DNA of 64,000 nucleotides from Verrucomicrobiales bacterium (GTDB lineage Bacteria > Verrucomicrobiota > Verrucomicrobiia > Limisphaerales > J093), in contig JBBIJZ010000001.1 in NCBI GenBank assembly GCA_037445715.1, positions 34,364 to 98,363 of the forward strand. The letters are read 5' to 3'. The notes under the pieces are model-generated. The model worked only from the letters and a program-made list of their open reading frames with translations, did no database searches and was not told the origin of the DNA. Shown in pieces: positions 38,401-51,515 of the stretch. The position numbers and the translations under genes were made by a program. Positions within the stretch are counted from its first letter, which is position 1. Every line of letters starts with the position of its first letter.

Positions 38401-39335
38401 AAATCAACGAAATCATTGCCGGCTTCAAAAAGAAGTTCGACGACCTCCAGATGCAGCACGACGAAGAGATGGAGCGCGTCGAGTCGGGCGAGGAGACCGA
38501 TACCGGGGTCATCAAGTCCGTCAAGGTTTACATTGCCTCCAAGCGCAAGCTCTCGGTGGGCGATAAAATGGCCGGGCGCCACGGCAACAAGGGCGTGGTG
38601 GCCAAGATCGTGCCCGAGGAGGACATGCCCTTCCTTGCGGACGGAACGCCGGTGGACATTGTGCTCAATCCCCTGGGCGTGCCCTCGCGCATGAACGTGG
38701 GGCAGGTGCTCGAGACCCACCTCGGCTGGGCCGCGCAAATCCTGGGGCTCAAGTTCTGCACCCCGGTCTTTGACGGCATCAAGGAAAAGGACATCCGCCA
38801 GTACCTCCGCCAGGCGGCCGAGCACCAGAAAAGCCACGGGCAGATGCCGCTGGTCGGTGAAAACGGCAAAACCGTCCTCTACGACGGCCGCACGGGCGAG
38901 CCGTTCGATCAAGAGGTGGTGGTCGGTTACATCTACATGATGAAGCTCGGGCATTTGGTGGCGGACAAGATTCATGCCCGCGCCGTGGGGCCGTACTCGC
39001 TGGTCACCCAGCAACCCTTGGGCGGCAAGGCCCAGTACGGCGGCCAGCGCTTCGGCGAAATGGAGGTCTGGGCCATGGAAGCCTACGGGGCCGCTTACAC
39101 GCTCCAGGAACTGCTCACCGTCAAGTCCGACGACGTCCAGGGCCGCACCCGCATTTACGAGAGCATTGTCAAGGGCGACAACGCCCTCGAAGCCGGCATT
39201 CCCGAATCCTTCAACGTCCTGGTCAAGGAAATGCAATCCCTCGGACTGGACGTGAAAGTGGGTTACGCGCACCCGACCGAACAAGCGGCCACGACGCCCA
39301 CCAGCGCGGCCAGTCAACTGGGCCTTTTGGGCTAA
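35412..39335 (+). CDS. rpoB: DNA-directed RNA polymerase subunit beta
   Basis: Full-length RpoB pattern ([51 protein letters not shown]). An alternative TTG start lies at 35400. Confidence 0.98.
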   Translation: MPAKGTERINFGRIREVVPPPNLIEIQSDSYREFLQADVPPAKRRNIGLQAVFTEVFPIESYDGKTRLEFVSYEIGEPKVDWLECLREGLTYGAPLHVKFRLREENSSKEEDVFMGELPLMTPQGTFVINGAERVIVSQLHRSPGIAFEATQHANGKMLHSFRIIPDRGSWYEAQFDTNDLLYVYLDRKKRRRKFLTTTFFRALAFLDGEAKGKDIEKTRGLDEDIIKLFYEVKEISLKQAENLENLPNLVLIQDVTDAEKNLVVARAFEPLSRTVLKQIAETGLTKIRVVDTSLDDGLIIKCLKKDPTKNEDDALKEIYRRLRPGDPPTTANARALIKRLFFDPKRYDLGRVGRYKINQKLAKMGLSDKEESRVLTKRDLVAASKYLIQLKRGEGSVDDIDHLGSRRVRTVGELLANQCRVGLARTERLVKERMTLFDQSVDTMTPQKLINPKALSAVVRDFFGRSQLSQFMDQINPLAELTHKRRLSALGPGGLSRDRAGFEVRDVHPSHYGRICPIETPEGPNIGLIASLATFARVNDFGFIEAPYRKVVKGRVTNEIEYLTADREEQFVIAQANAPLDEKGHFLTEKVTCRHKGDFLDVDPERVDYMDVSPKQLVSVAAGLIPFLEHDDANRALMGSNMQRQAVPLLQTEPPLVAAGLEERVARDSRAVVVAEESGKVASVTANQIIITPDGKLPEGKKKIKTDPAAGVHVYSLRKFMRSNAATCINQRAIVRKGDTVKKGQVIADGPCTHHGELALGRNVLVAFMPWNGYNFEDAIMISERIVKDDVFTSIHIEEFEVSARDTKLGPEEITRDIPNLGEEALKNLGLDGVIRVGAEVKPGDILVGKITPKSETELAPEERLLRAIFGEKAADVKDTSLKVPSGTYGIVMDVKISSKKDTEREKEKSAASSDARKHAKQVEEEYKKKHEELRDQLTEALSNILLGEKIPLDVVNSESGEIIIPANRKITKTLLRKLAQVYDKIEIDPSPIRNKINEIIAGFKKKFDDLQMQHDEEMERVESGEETDTGVIKSVKVYIASKRKLSVGDKMAGRHGNKGVVAKIVPEEDMPFLADGTPVDIVLNPLGVPSRMNVGQVLETHLGWAAQILGLKFCTPVFDGIKEKDIRQYLRQAAEHQKSHGQMPLVGENGKTVLYDGRTGEPFDQEVVVGYIYMMKLGHLVADKIHARAVGPYSLVTQQPLGGKAQYGGQRFGEMEVWAMEAYGAAYTLQELLTVKSDDVQGRTRIYESIVKGDNALEAGIPESFNVLVKEMQSLGLDVKVGYAHPTEQAATTPTSAASQLGLLG

Positions 39336-39372
39336 TCCTCCACCGCCAATTTCAGTCTCCGGTCATAATCCC

Positions 39373-43590
<4,218 letters not shown>

Positions 43591-43747
43591 CGGCCTGTCG
43601 GGCTGGATCACGGCGGGTTTTGGGTGTCCCGCGCACGAGCGCCGGTAAACCGAGAGCACCGGGGCCGACCCACGGCACTTTCCCGGCCCGGGAGATTGGA
43701 GCTTGGGAAATCCGCCGAAGCGTTCCTTGGCCGACTCCGACGGAAAA

Positions 43748-44099
43748 TGGTGGAGGCGAGGGGAGTCGAACCCCTGTCCCTGAAACGAGCCCCAGCCGCG
43801 CCTACATGCTTAGCCGGAAGTTGTTCTCGGCGGCGGAAACGCCTTCCGGCCTGCTGTTCCGCCACCCAGCCAGCATGGGGTTGGTCGGGCGATTGCGCGC
43901 TGACTCCGCAACCGCCTCTGCCTGCTGTGGCGTTCCTCCGGCCTAGCAGGCGTCCGCCGGGGAACGTCGCGGTACTTTAGGCCGCGAGAGCCAACTCTTC
44001 GTTAGCCGTTTGGTTTGATGCGATGTTTTACGAGGCCCACGCATCGTCCTCGGCATGCCGCGTCTGGCAGACGTCCCAGGTCGAAACCAGTACGCCCCC
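43748..44099 (-). ncRNA. ssrA: tmRNA (SsrA), one-piece; tag reading frame GCU AAC GAA GAG UUG GCU CUC GCG GCC UAA = (A)ANEELALAA at 43977-44006
   Basis: Minus-strand 5' end GGGGGCGUACUGGUUUCGAC. The 3' end GGACAGGGGUUCGACUCCCCUCGCCUCCACCA is a tRNA-Ala-like T-arm and acceptor with a G3:U pair. The ALAA-ending tag ORF lies ~90 nt from the 5' end. Confidence 0.92.
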
Positions 44100-44111
44100 A
44101 ATGCTGCCGCT

Positions 44112-44139
44112 ACTTTACGGCAAATGGTCGTGCCGTCAA
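44112..44139 (-). promoter_or_regulatory. Candidate promoter for ssrA (TTGACG, 16 nt, TAAAGT)
   Basis: On the minus strand, -35 is at 44139-44134 and -10 at 44117-44112. The -10 ends 12 nt upstream of the mature tmRNA 5' end. Confidence 0.5.
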
Positions 44140-44511
44140 CTGCGCCCCGCCCGCTGGACCGGCCGGCGAACCGGCCCCGGCGGCGCGCCGTCGTACGGAA
44201 AACGCACTCGGCTTGCCGGCACCAGCGCGAAATGACCGCACACGCACCAAGCCCTCGGGCGCCGGCAGAATGGTTGCGGGACTTCATCCGGAACGGTGTC
44301 GGCAACCTCCACATGAGCCCTCACCACCCGCTTGCCCACTTCCACCCCTGCGCGGACTGAGCCCCCCGGCAACCGTGACCGTGGAACTTGGACTGAGGGC
44401 GCGGTCAGCAAGGGGCGGTGGCTACCACCACCCCGAGGTTCCCCAATCAGGGTCGCCCTTAACCCGCGACAAATTGCCGCCGGCGCGGCGGGCCGGGGAG
44501 GCTTGGCGAAC

Positions 44512-44538
44512 AAAAAACCGGCCGCGCATCGCGACCGG
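44512..44538 (-). terminator. Rho-independent terminator of the PEP-CTERM gene
   Basis: Minus strand CCGGUCGCG-aug-CGCGGCCGG (9-bp stem, one G-U pair) followed by UUUUUU, 33 nt downstream of the stop. Confidence 0.75.
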
Positions 44539-44570
44539 TTTGGGCGAGAAACCAAGAATCAGGCCGGACC

Positions 44571-45665
44571 TCAGCGGCGGCGCAGCCAGAGGGCCAGTCC
44601 GCCCAGAGCCAGCAGGGCCAGCGGCGCCGGCTCGGGGATGACCTGGAAGGCCATGATGCCGTTGTTCGGGCTGACCACAAACAGCAGCGAGCCGTCGGGC
44701 GAGAAGTCCAGGTTGCCCACGCCGTTGGCATTGGCGTTTTGGGTGGGGAGGGCCGAGAAGTCAATCGGGTTCACCGAACCGCCGTCCACAAATTGGGTGA
44801 CGTCGTACAGATTGACCCGCTGCTCGCCGGCCGAGGTGCGGAACGTCAGGCTGGCGAACAGTTTGCTGCCGTGGTGATACGCGTTGGGGCCCGGGGTGCC
44901 CGCACCGCTCACCAAGGTGTAGGATTCCCGCAGACTGCCCGTGCCCGCGAAGGGGTCGTAGGCGATGTAGCGGAGGGTGTTGTTTTGGTCGGCGTAGATC
45001 GTGAACTCCGAGCCGAAGGACAACCCCAGCCGCATGTCGCCATCCCCGATGCCCGAGATGGGAATCCCTTTGACGTCGCCGGGGTCAAAGGTCGCCCCAT
45101 CGTCGAAGGAAGGGATGTGGGCCAGGATGTTGTCCATGTTGGCGGTAGTGCCACCAGCCCCCGCGATAATCTCGAGCATGGCGCTGGAGCTGCGGACCCG
45201 GAAGGAGTCGCCGAAGCGGTAGGTGCCCCCGGCCGGATCACCCTCGTAAACCTTCACCGGCGTGGCCCCTTCGGAAGCCCACTGGTACACCTTGAAGGGA
45301 CTGGTGCTGGAACTGGTCGTCAGGTTGGCGGCGTAGATTTGGCCGTTTTCGGCCACGTCAATCATGTTCAGCGGAAACGTCCCGCCCGAGACACCGGTCA
45401 CATCCATCGTGCCCACATAACTGCCTGTGGCGCCGTCCAGAACGATGATTTTGGTGCTCTCGTTGCGGCTGACCACCAGCACGTGGCCGGTGAAGGGGTT
45501 ATAGGCCAGCCCGCGCTCGGTGTTCGAGTTGGCGCCGCCCAGGGTCACGCCCGGTGCCAGTGTGGTGCCCGGGGCGAGGCTCCACAACGGTTCCAGCGCC
45601 GGTTGCGCCCAGCCCGCCGCGCCAACGCCCAAAATCACCAGGGGAACGAGTTGTTTTGGATTCAT
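44571..45665 (-). CDS. Secreted PEP-CTERM sorting-domain protein (beta-propeller-like body)
   Basis: Signal peptide MNPKQLVPLVILGVGAAGWAQP. C-terminus VIPEPAPLALLALGGLALWLRRR is a PEP motif, TM helix and Arg cluster. Confidence 0.85.
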   Translation of the reverse strand: MNPKQLVPLVILGVGAAGWAQPALEPLWSLAPGTTLAPGVTLGGANSNTERGLAYNPFTGHVLVVSRNESTKIIVLDGATGSYVGTMDVTGVSGGTFPLNMIDVAENGQIYAANLTTSSSTSPFKVYQWASEGATPVKVYEGDPAGGTYRFGDSFRVRSSSAMLEIIAGAGGTTANMDNILAHIPSFDDGATFDPGDVKGIPISGIGDGDMRLGLSFGSEFTIYADQNNTLRYIAYDPFAGTGSLRESYTLVSGAGTPGPNAYHHGSKLFASLTFRTSAGEQRVNLYDVTQFVDGGSVNPIDFSALPTQNANANGVGNLDFSPDGSLLFVVSPNNGIMAFQVIPEPAPLALLALGGLALWLRRR

Positions 45666-45721
45666 AAGACGCTGTCTAGCTAGCCAAACATCTGCCGGGC
45701 GTCAACCCTTCTTTTTCGACT

Positions 45722-46633
45722 TCAGACCCCGAAGACCCGGCGGACAAAGTCGCGGCTGCGCCGGTGGTTTTCGACCACGCTGCGGGTGATTCGGGTGCCG
45801 GCTTCCAGGGCCAGCTCCACGGCGTACACCGGCGCCAAACGGTGTTCGCGGGCATAGCGGGAGATGGCGGTGTAGTCCACATCGCCGGTGTCCAGATCTT
45901 CCCACCACACCCCGTCACGGCTCTGGCGCAAGTGCCAGGACACCACGCGGGAACCATAGGTCCGCAGGGCCTCCAGGGGCGGCAGGCCGCCGCGGTCCAT
46001 CCAGTGGGTGTCAATGTTGAAGCCCACCAGTTCCGGCGGGCTGTGCTGGAAGTTGTAGTGGAATTCGCGCGCCTGGTTGGCCAGTTCGGGGGTGTGGTGA
46101 TGGAGGCCCAGTTTGAGGCCCAGCGCTTGCAGTCCCCGGCCCAGTTCGATCAACGCCGCCACCTGGCGTTGCAACTCGGCCTCGGTTTTCTCGCGTCCGA
46201 TGGGGTCCGGGTTGCAGTTGATGACCTGGAAACCGGCCTCGCGGCAGGCGCGGGCCGCGGTCAACAGGCGTTGGACCACCTCGCCGGCCTGCTCGTCGTG
46301 CAGGCGTGCGCCGGTGTAGAGGGTCACCGGGCGCAGGCCCCGGGCGCGGAGCCGTTCGGCAAACCGCAGGTTGGCTTCCGGGTTGGCCACGTCCAGGAAA
46401 CCTTCCGCGAAATCGTATCCCGCGTCCCGCAGGGCGGAGAAAACCTCGTCGAGGTGGTCGTTCAGATTTTTGCCTTCGCGCTGGTAATACTGGCCCCAGC
46501 CGTAAAGCTGCGAGCCCACCCGGGGTTGGGCGGCGGCCTCGGCAGCGGCCCCGGCCGTCTGGACGGCCCGGGTGCCGGCGGCGGTCAGGCCGGCGGCCAG
46601 GGTGCGGAGAAAATCGCGTCGCGTGGTGTGCAT
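45722..46633 (-). CDS. Sugar phosphate isomerase/epimerase (xylose-isomerase-like TIM barrel) with Tat-type signal
   Basis: MHTTRRDFLRTLAAGLTAAGTRAVQTAGA. TIM-barrel family features (VINCNPDP, LGLHHH, FNIDTHW). Confidence 0.7.
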   Translation of the reverse strand: MHTTRRDFLRTLAAGLTAAGTRAVQTAGAAAEAAAQPRVGSQLYGWGQYYQREGKNLNDHLDEVFSALRDAGYDFAEGFLDVANPEANLRFAERLRARGLRPVTLYTGARLHDEQAGEVVQRLLTAARACREAGFQVINCNPDPIGREKTEAELQRQVAALIELGRGLQALGLKLGLHHHTPELANQAREFHYNFQHSPPELVGFNIDTHWMDRGGLPPLEALRTYGSRVVSWHLRQSRDGVWWEDLDTGDVDYTAISRYAREHRLAPVYAVELALEAGTRITRSVVENHRRSRDFVRRVFGV

Positions 46634-46761
46634 GGCCGGTTTCTACACGGAGGATGCGGTGCCGGCAACGGCGCACGCCGGGGCGGCGTCCCCGGCGGCG
46701 CGGACAGCCGGGGAAAACAGTTGTCAACCGGCGGGCGGTTCGTAGCCTTGCACCGGAGCGC

Positions 46762-47448
46762 ATGAAGACCTTTGCCGAACTGGGGTTTCCCGGGCGCCTG
46801 ATTGCCGTCGAGGGGATTGACGGCTCGGGCAAGAGCACCCAGGTCCATTTGTTACGGCGCTGGCTGGAGGACCTGGGCCTGAAGGTCTTTTTGAGCGCGT
46901 GGAACTCCTCGGAGCTGGTCAAGAGCGCGACCACCCGGGGCAAAAAGGCCCACCTGCTGACGCCCACCACCTTCAGCCTGATCCACGCCACGGATTTTGC
47001 CGACCGCTACGAGCGCCAGCTCCTGCCCCTGCTGCGCGCGGGCTATCTGGTGTTGTGCGACCGGTACGTCTTCACCGCCTTTGCGCGCGACGTGGTCCGC
47101 GGCTGCCCGCCGGCCTGGGTGCGCGGGCTGTACAGCTTCGCGGCGATGCCGGACCTGGTGTTTTTCTTCAAGGCCCACCTGGAGATGTCCCTCCAGCGCA
47201 TCCTCAGCGGCCGGGAGGAGTTGAAGTACTTCGAGGCCGGGATGGACCTGCGGCTGGCCACGGATCCGCAGGAGAGTTACCGCATTTTCCAGGGCCGCCT
47301 GCTCGAACAGTACCTGGCGATGTCGGCCGAGTTCCGGTTTTACGAGGTGGACGCCAACCAACCGGTCGAGGCCAGTCAGCGCGTGGTGCGGCACATCGTG
47401 GCCGACCGCATCCCCTTCGAGCAATTCCGGGCCTCCGCCCGCGTTTGA
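46762..47448 (+). CDS. Thymidylate-kinase-like P-loop kinase (paralog 1)
   Basis: IAVEGIDGSGKSTQ P-loop, LVLCDRYVFTAFARD (DRY motif region). GGAG lies 8 nt before the ATG. Confidence 0.75.
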   Translation: MKTFAELGFPGRLIAVEGIDGSGKSTQVHLLRRWLEDLGLKVFLSAWNSSELVKSATTRGKKAHLLTPTTFSLIHATDFADRYERQLLPLLRAGYLVLCDRYVFTAFARDVVRGCPPAWVRGLYSFAAMPDLVFFFKAHLEMSLQRILSGREELKYFEAGMDLRLATDPQESYRIFQGRLLEQYLAMSAEFRFYEVDANQPVEASQRVVRHIVADRIPFEQFRASARV

Positions 47449-47453
47449 CCGCC

Positions 47454-48239
47454 ATGACCCGTCGCCCTGTTCCGCGTCGCAGCCCCGGAGCCCCGCCCGC
47501 CCCCGCCCCCCGGTCCGGACTGCCGGGGCTGCAGGTGCGGGTGCCGGTGCCGCATCCGAAGCGCTTTTACGGTCACGGCATTCCCGGGGTGGACCCGGCC
47601 ACGTTGACCGGGCGGCTGATCGTGGTGGAAGGGGCGGACGGCTCGGGCCGCTCGACCCAGATCGCCCGGCTGGTGCAGTGGCTGGAAAGCCAGGGCCACC
47701 CGACCGTCGAGGTGGGGCTCAAGCGCTCGACTCTCGTGGCCGAAGAACTCGAGCGCGCCCAGGAGGGCAACATCCTCAGCCACACCACGCTGAGCCTTTT
47801 TTACGCCACCGACTTCGCCGACCAGCTCGAAAACGTCATGCTGCCGGCGTTGCGCTCCGGGTTCATGGTCCTGGCCGACCGCTACATCTACACCCTCATG
47901 GCGCGGGACCTGGTGCGCGGTTCGGACGAGGCCTGGCTGCGCAACCTCTACGGCATCGCCCTGGTACCGGACGCGGTCTTTTACCTCCAGGTGCCCCCCG
48001 AGGAGCTGGTCCAGCGCACCTTCGCCAAGAGCCACGCCCTGGACTACTGGGAAAGCGGCATGGACCTGGGCCTGGCCCGCGACATGTTTGACAGCTTCAT
48101 CCTCTACCAGCGGCGGATGGCCGAGACCTTCCAGCGGCTGCAAAAGATTTACGACTTCACCATCGTGGACGGCACCCGCTCGATCGAGGCCATCAACGCC
48201 GACCTGCGCCAGCAAATCGAACGGCTCCTGGCCGAGTAA
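47454..48239 (+). CDS. Thymidylate-kinase-like P-loop kinase (paralog 2) with Pro/Arg-rich N-terminal extension
   Basis: IVVEGADGSGRSTQ P-loop, MVLADRYIYTLMARD. It starts 5 nt after the paralog-1 stop. Confidence 0.75.
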   Translation: MTRRPVPRRSPGAPPAPAPRSGLPGLQVRVPVPHPKRFYGHGIPGVDPATLTGRLIVVEGADGSGRSTQIARLVQWLESQGHPTVEVGLKRSTLVAEELERAQEGNILSHTTLSLFYATDFADQLENVMLPALRSGFMVLADRYIYTLMARDLVRGSDEAWLRNLYGIALVPDAVFYLQVPPEELVQRTFAKSHALDYWESGMDLGLARDMFDSFILYQRRMAETFQRLQKIYDFTIVDGTRSIEAINADLRQQIERLLAE

Positions 48240-48258
48240 CCCCGACAGCACCCCCCAC

Positions 48259-49245
48259 ATGGCGGACTCCTCCAAAGAACGCGACTACGTGATGGGCGTG
48301 GACCTGGGCGGCACCAAAATCCTCGCCGGGGTCTTCGACGACAAACTCGACTGCCTGGGCCGCGCCAAGAAAAGCACCAAGGCCCAGCGCGGACCCGAGG
48401 CCGTCGTCGAACGGATCGCCGCCACCGTGCTCGAGGCCATTGACGAGTGCGACCTCCAGCCCAAGCAAATCCGCGGCCTGGGCATCGGTGCTCCCGGGGC
48501 CTGCGACCCCGAGCCCGGTACCGTGATCTTCGCGCCGAACCTGGCCTGGAAAAACTTTCCCCTCAAAAAGGAGCTCGAAAAACGCCTGCCCTTCCCGGTC
48601 TTCGTGGAGAACGACTGCAACATCCAGACCCTGGGCGTGTACGAGAAGGAGCTCAAGGCCCGGCCCCGCCACATGGTGGGCATCTTCCTGGGCACGGGCA
48701 TCGGCGCCGGCATCATCCTGGACGGCAAACTCTACCGCGGCTTCAACCGCACCGCCGGCGAGATCGGCCACATGGTCCTCGAGGTGGGCGGCCCCAAATG
48801 CGGCTGCGGCAACAAGGGCTGTTTCGAGGCCCTGGCCAGCCGCACCGCCATCTTCAAACGCCTCGAAGCCGCGCTCAAGGACGGCCAGAAAACCGTCCTC
48901 ACCGAGATGCTCGGCCCGGACCTCGAGGACCTGCGCAGCGGCGACCTCCGCAAGGCCATCAAGCGCCGCGACAAGCTCGTCGAGCGCATCGTCGAGGAGG
49001 CCGCCGAGTACACCGGCATCGCCGTGGCCAACATCATCAACCTGCTCAACCCCGAGGTCGTCGTCCTCGGCGGCGGCGTCATGGACGCCCTCGAGGACGA
49101 GATGCTCGCCATCATCATCGAGACCGCCCACGACTACGCCATGAACGGCACCGCCGAGGGCATCGAAATCCTCGCCAGCCGTCTCGGCGATGAGGCGGGC
49201 ATCACCGGCGGCGCCGTCCTCGCCCGGCGCGAGACCAAAAAGTAA
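48259..49245 (+). CDS. ROK-family sugar kinase (glucokinase-like)
   Basis: GVDLGGTKILAGV, ENDCNI, Zn motif GHMVLEVGGPKCGCGNKGCFE. Confidence 0.85.
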   Translation: MADSSKERDYVMGVDLGGTKILAGVFDDKLDCLGRAKKSTKAQRGPEAVVERIAATVLEAIDECDLQPKQIRGLGIGAPGACDPEPGTVIFAPNLAWKNFPLKKELEKRLPFPVFVENDCNIQTLGVYEKELKARPRHMVGIFLGTGIGAGIILDGKLYRGFNRTAGEIGHMVLEVGGPKCGCGNKGCFEALASRTAIFKRLEAALKDGQKTVLTEMLGPDLEDLRSGDLRKAIKRRDKLVERIVEEAAEYTGIAVANIINLLNPEVVVLGGGVMDALEDEMLAIIIETAHDYAMNGTAEGIEILASRLGDEAGITGGAVLARRETKK

Positions 49246-49248
49246 GCC

Positions 49249-50238
49249 GTGGCGCCGCCCGACCCCTTTCCGGCGACCGCGCCGGCGCCGGTCCGCCGCG
49301 CGGTCGTGGACCTCGGCACCAACTCGGTCAAACTCCTGGTCGGTGACGTGGCCGCCGGCCAAGTTACGCCCGTGTTCGAGGCCAGCCGCCAGACCCGTCT
49401 GGGCCGTGAGTTTTACCCCCACCGTGTTCTCCAACCCGGACCCGTGGCCGAGACCGCCGCCGTCGTGGCGGACTTCCACCGGCAGGCACGCGAACTCGGC
49501 GCGACGGCGATGCGCGTGGTCGCCACCAGCGCCGCCCGCGAAGCGGTCAATGCCGAAGACCTCCGCCAGGCCGTGCGCGCTGCCGCCGGCCTCGGAATTG
49601 AAGTCCTCAGCGGCGAACAGGAGGCCCGCTGGGGCTTCACCGGCGTGACCACCGATCCCGGTCTGGCGCTCCAGCCCATCCTGCTGCTGGACGTCGGCGG
49701 GGGCAGCACCGAGTTCTCCCTGGGCCGCCGCGGCGACCTGCGCTTCCAGCAGAGCCTCGCGCAGGGCGCGGTGCGTCTCTTGAGCGAACTGGCTCCCGCC
49801 GATCCGCCCGCGGCCGCAGACCTTGCTCGCGGCCAACGCCGCGTGCGCGAGCAGTTGGAAGCGGACCTGGCGCCGGCCTTGCGCCCGCGGCTGGCGGAGT
49901 TTGCGGGAGACACCGTCTGGCTGGTGGGCACCGGTGGCACGGCCACCATCCTGGCGATGATGGCGCAGGGGTTGACCGGCTTCGTGCGCGAGCGGGTGGA
50001 CGGCTTTCAGCTCGCCCGTTGCGCGGTGGCCGAATGGCTCGAACGGCTGTGGTCCCTGCCGCTGGCCCGGCGGCGGCAAATTCCCGGTCTGCCGCCCGAG
50101 CGCGCGGATGTGATTCTGACCGGCGTGCTGATTTACGACACGGTCATGGCGACGTTTGGTTTTGAAATGTTGCGCGTGACCACGCGCAGCCTGCGGTACG
50201 CCGCGTTGACGGACTGGCCGGGGGCCGCCACGGCTTGA
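49249..50238 (+). CDS. ppx: Ppx/GppA-family phosphatase (exopolyphosphatase / pppGpp phosphohydrolase)
   Basis: AVVDLGTNSVKLLVGDV, ATSAAREAVN, LLLDVGGGSTEF. The GTG start is 3 nt after the ROK stop. Confidence 0.85.
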   Translation: MAPPDPFPATAPAPVRRAVVDLGTNSVKLLVGDVAAGQVTPVFEASRQTRLGREFYPHRVLQPGPVAETAAVVADFHRQARELGATAMRVVATSAAREAVNAEDLRQAVRAAAGLGIEVLSGEQEARWGFTGVTTDPGLALQPILLLDVGGGSTEFSLGRRGDLRFQQSLAQGAVRLLSELAPADPPAAADLARGQRRVREQLEADLAPALRPRLAEFAGDTVWLVGTGGTATILAMMAQGLTGFVRERVDGFQLARCAVAEWLERLWSLPLARRRQIPGLPPERADVILTGVLIYDTVMATFGFEMLRVTTRSLRYAALTDWPGAATA

Positions 50239-50288
50239 GTCGGCGCGGCCGGCGCGGTGTCGCCGCGGAACCGCGGCGCCGCTTCTGC

Positions 50289-51005
50289 TCAATGCAGCCG
50301 CGCGTCGTGCCACCACGCGACGCGGCCGTCCAGGTAGAGCCGGTTGCGCCCGCGCGGGTGCGGGGCCCGGCCGGCGAGGGCTTCCTCGACGCCCGGTGCC
50401 GTGGCGGGGAAGTACACATCCGTGACGAACTCGACTTCCGCCGGGCTGCTGACCGCGCCCACCATCGGGTTGTTGGCCGCCGCCAGGTCGCTGACGGCTT
50501 GCGCGCGCGATTTGGCCCAGAAGTTGTCCGGCGGTACCGGATCGTCGGCCCGGTCGAAGCGCCACATCCAATAGCTCACACGCCCGGCGTTGGTTTCGGG
50601 GCCGGCGGCCTGCCAGACGGCGGTGACGCCGGCCCAGAAAGGGCGTCGCGTGGCGGGGCATTGCCAGACCTCGACCGACGGCAGTTCCGGGCGGAGCACC
50701 GCCGCGGCCCAACCGGCGCGGGGGTCCGAGCGCGGCCAGGTGGTCCAGGGCTTGTAGCCGCCGGGCAGGCTGGTCTTGAGGTCGCGGCGGTCGGGGAAGC
50801 GGTCGGCGTGGTCGCCCAGGTACAGCTCCCAGGCCAGACCCTGCTGGTGGAGGAGGTTGCGGCAGGCAGTGGCGACGGCGTGCTGGCGGGCTCGGCCCAA
50901 GGCGGGCAGCAACAGCCCGGCCAGCAGGGCGATGACCGCCAGGACCACCAGCAGCTCGACCAGCGTGAAGGCCCGGCTTGAAGATGCCAGGTGCCGTGGG
51001 CTCAT
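50289..51005 (-). CDS. Prepilin-type N-terminal methylation-domain protein with C-terminal H-X9-DG motif (DUF1559-like pseudopilin)
   Basis: AFTLVELLVVLAVIALLAGLLLPAL N-terminus. C-terminal HPRGRNRLYLDG is exactly H-X9-DG. Confidence 0.85.
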   Translation of the reverse strand: MSPRHLASSSRAFTLVELLVVLAVIALLAGLLLPALGRARQHAVATACRNLLHQQGLAWELYLGDHADRFPDRRDLKTSLPGGYKPWTTWPRSDPRAGWAAAVLRPELPSVEVWQCPATRRPFWAGVTAVWQAAGPETNAGRVSYWMWRFDRADDPVPPDNFWAKSRAQAVSDLAAANNPMVGAVSSPAEVEFVTDVYFPATAPGVEEALAGRAPHPRGRNRLYLDGRVAWWHDARLH

Positions 51006-51013
51006 TGTCGGGC

Positions 51014-51238
51014 ATGAATGTGGAATTAATCCGAAGTCACCTGCAAGGCGGCTTCAAGCCGTTCCGGTTGTTCCACGCGGATGGCCGTACGTTCGACGTG
51101 CCCCATCCGGAATTCATCCTGGTCACTCGCTGCAGCGTGGTGGTGGCCAACGCGCGCGGGTTCGTGGACATCCTGGACCCCCTGCACATCGTCTCGATCG
51201 CGGAACTGGAATTGCCCGAGGAACGGGCCCAGAGCTAG
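51014..51238 (+). CDS. Small conserved hypothetical protein (74 aa), tandem paralog A
   Basis: High amino-acid similarity by eye to the next ORF. Nucleotide differences are mostly at third codon positions (for example ccc cat ccg gaa ttc atc ctg gtc vs ccg cac ccg gaa ttt gtc ctg gtt). Confidence 0.7.
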   Translation: MNVELIRSHLQGGFKPFRLFHADGRTFDVPHPEFILVTRCSVVVANARGFVDILDPLHIVSIAELELPEERAQS

Positions 51239-51295
51239 CGTGGCGGCACCCGAAGCCGGCTTGACGATGCTGCGCGCGGTGCGTCTTTTAAGGGC

Positions 51296-51514
51296 GTGAA
51301 TCTGGAAGAAATCCGCAGACGACTGCAGCGTGATTTCAGACCGTTCACCTTGCACCTTTCCGACGGACGCAAGTACGACGTGCCGCACCCGGAATTTGTC
51401 CTGGTTACCCGACGCAGCGTGGCGGTGGCCGATGCACAGGGGTTCATAGATGTGCTCGACCCGCTGCATATCGTCTCGGTGAAGGACCTGGCGCCCCGCA
51501 AGAGCCGCCGTTGA
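51296..51514 (+). CDS. Small conserved hypothetical protein (72 aa), tandem paralog B
   Basis: Shares MN(V/L)E..IR..LQ..F(K/R)PF.L...DGR..DVPHPEF(I/V)LVTR.SV.VA.A.GF(V/I)D(I/V)LDPLHIVS with paralog A. GTG start. Confidence 0.7.
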   Translation: MNLEEIRRRLQRDFRPFTLHLSDGRKYDVPHPEFVLVTRRSVAVADAQGFIDVLDPLHIVSVKDLAPRKSRR

Positions 51515-51515
51515 C

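Noticed and set aside
43591-43747. A genomic island integrated at the tmRNA 3' end.
   Set aside because: The ssrA 3' end is only ~157 bp from the rpoC stop. There is no integrase, no duplicated ssrA 3' fragment (attachment-site repeat) and no foreign-looking genes.
43624-44314. Track ORFs overlapping 43.6-44.3 kb (for example 43624-43980 + and 43943-44314 -).
   Set aside because: The interval is occupied by a complete tmRNA with a tRNA-like acceptor and T-arm and an ALAA tag frame. The ORFs are incidental.
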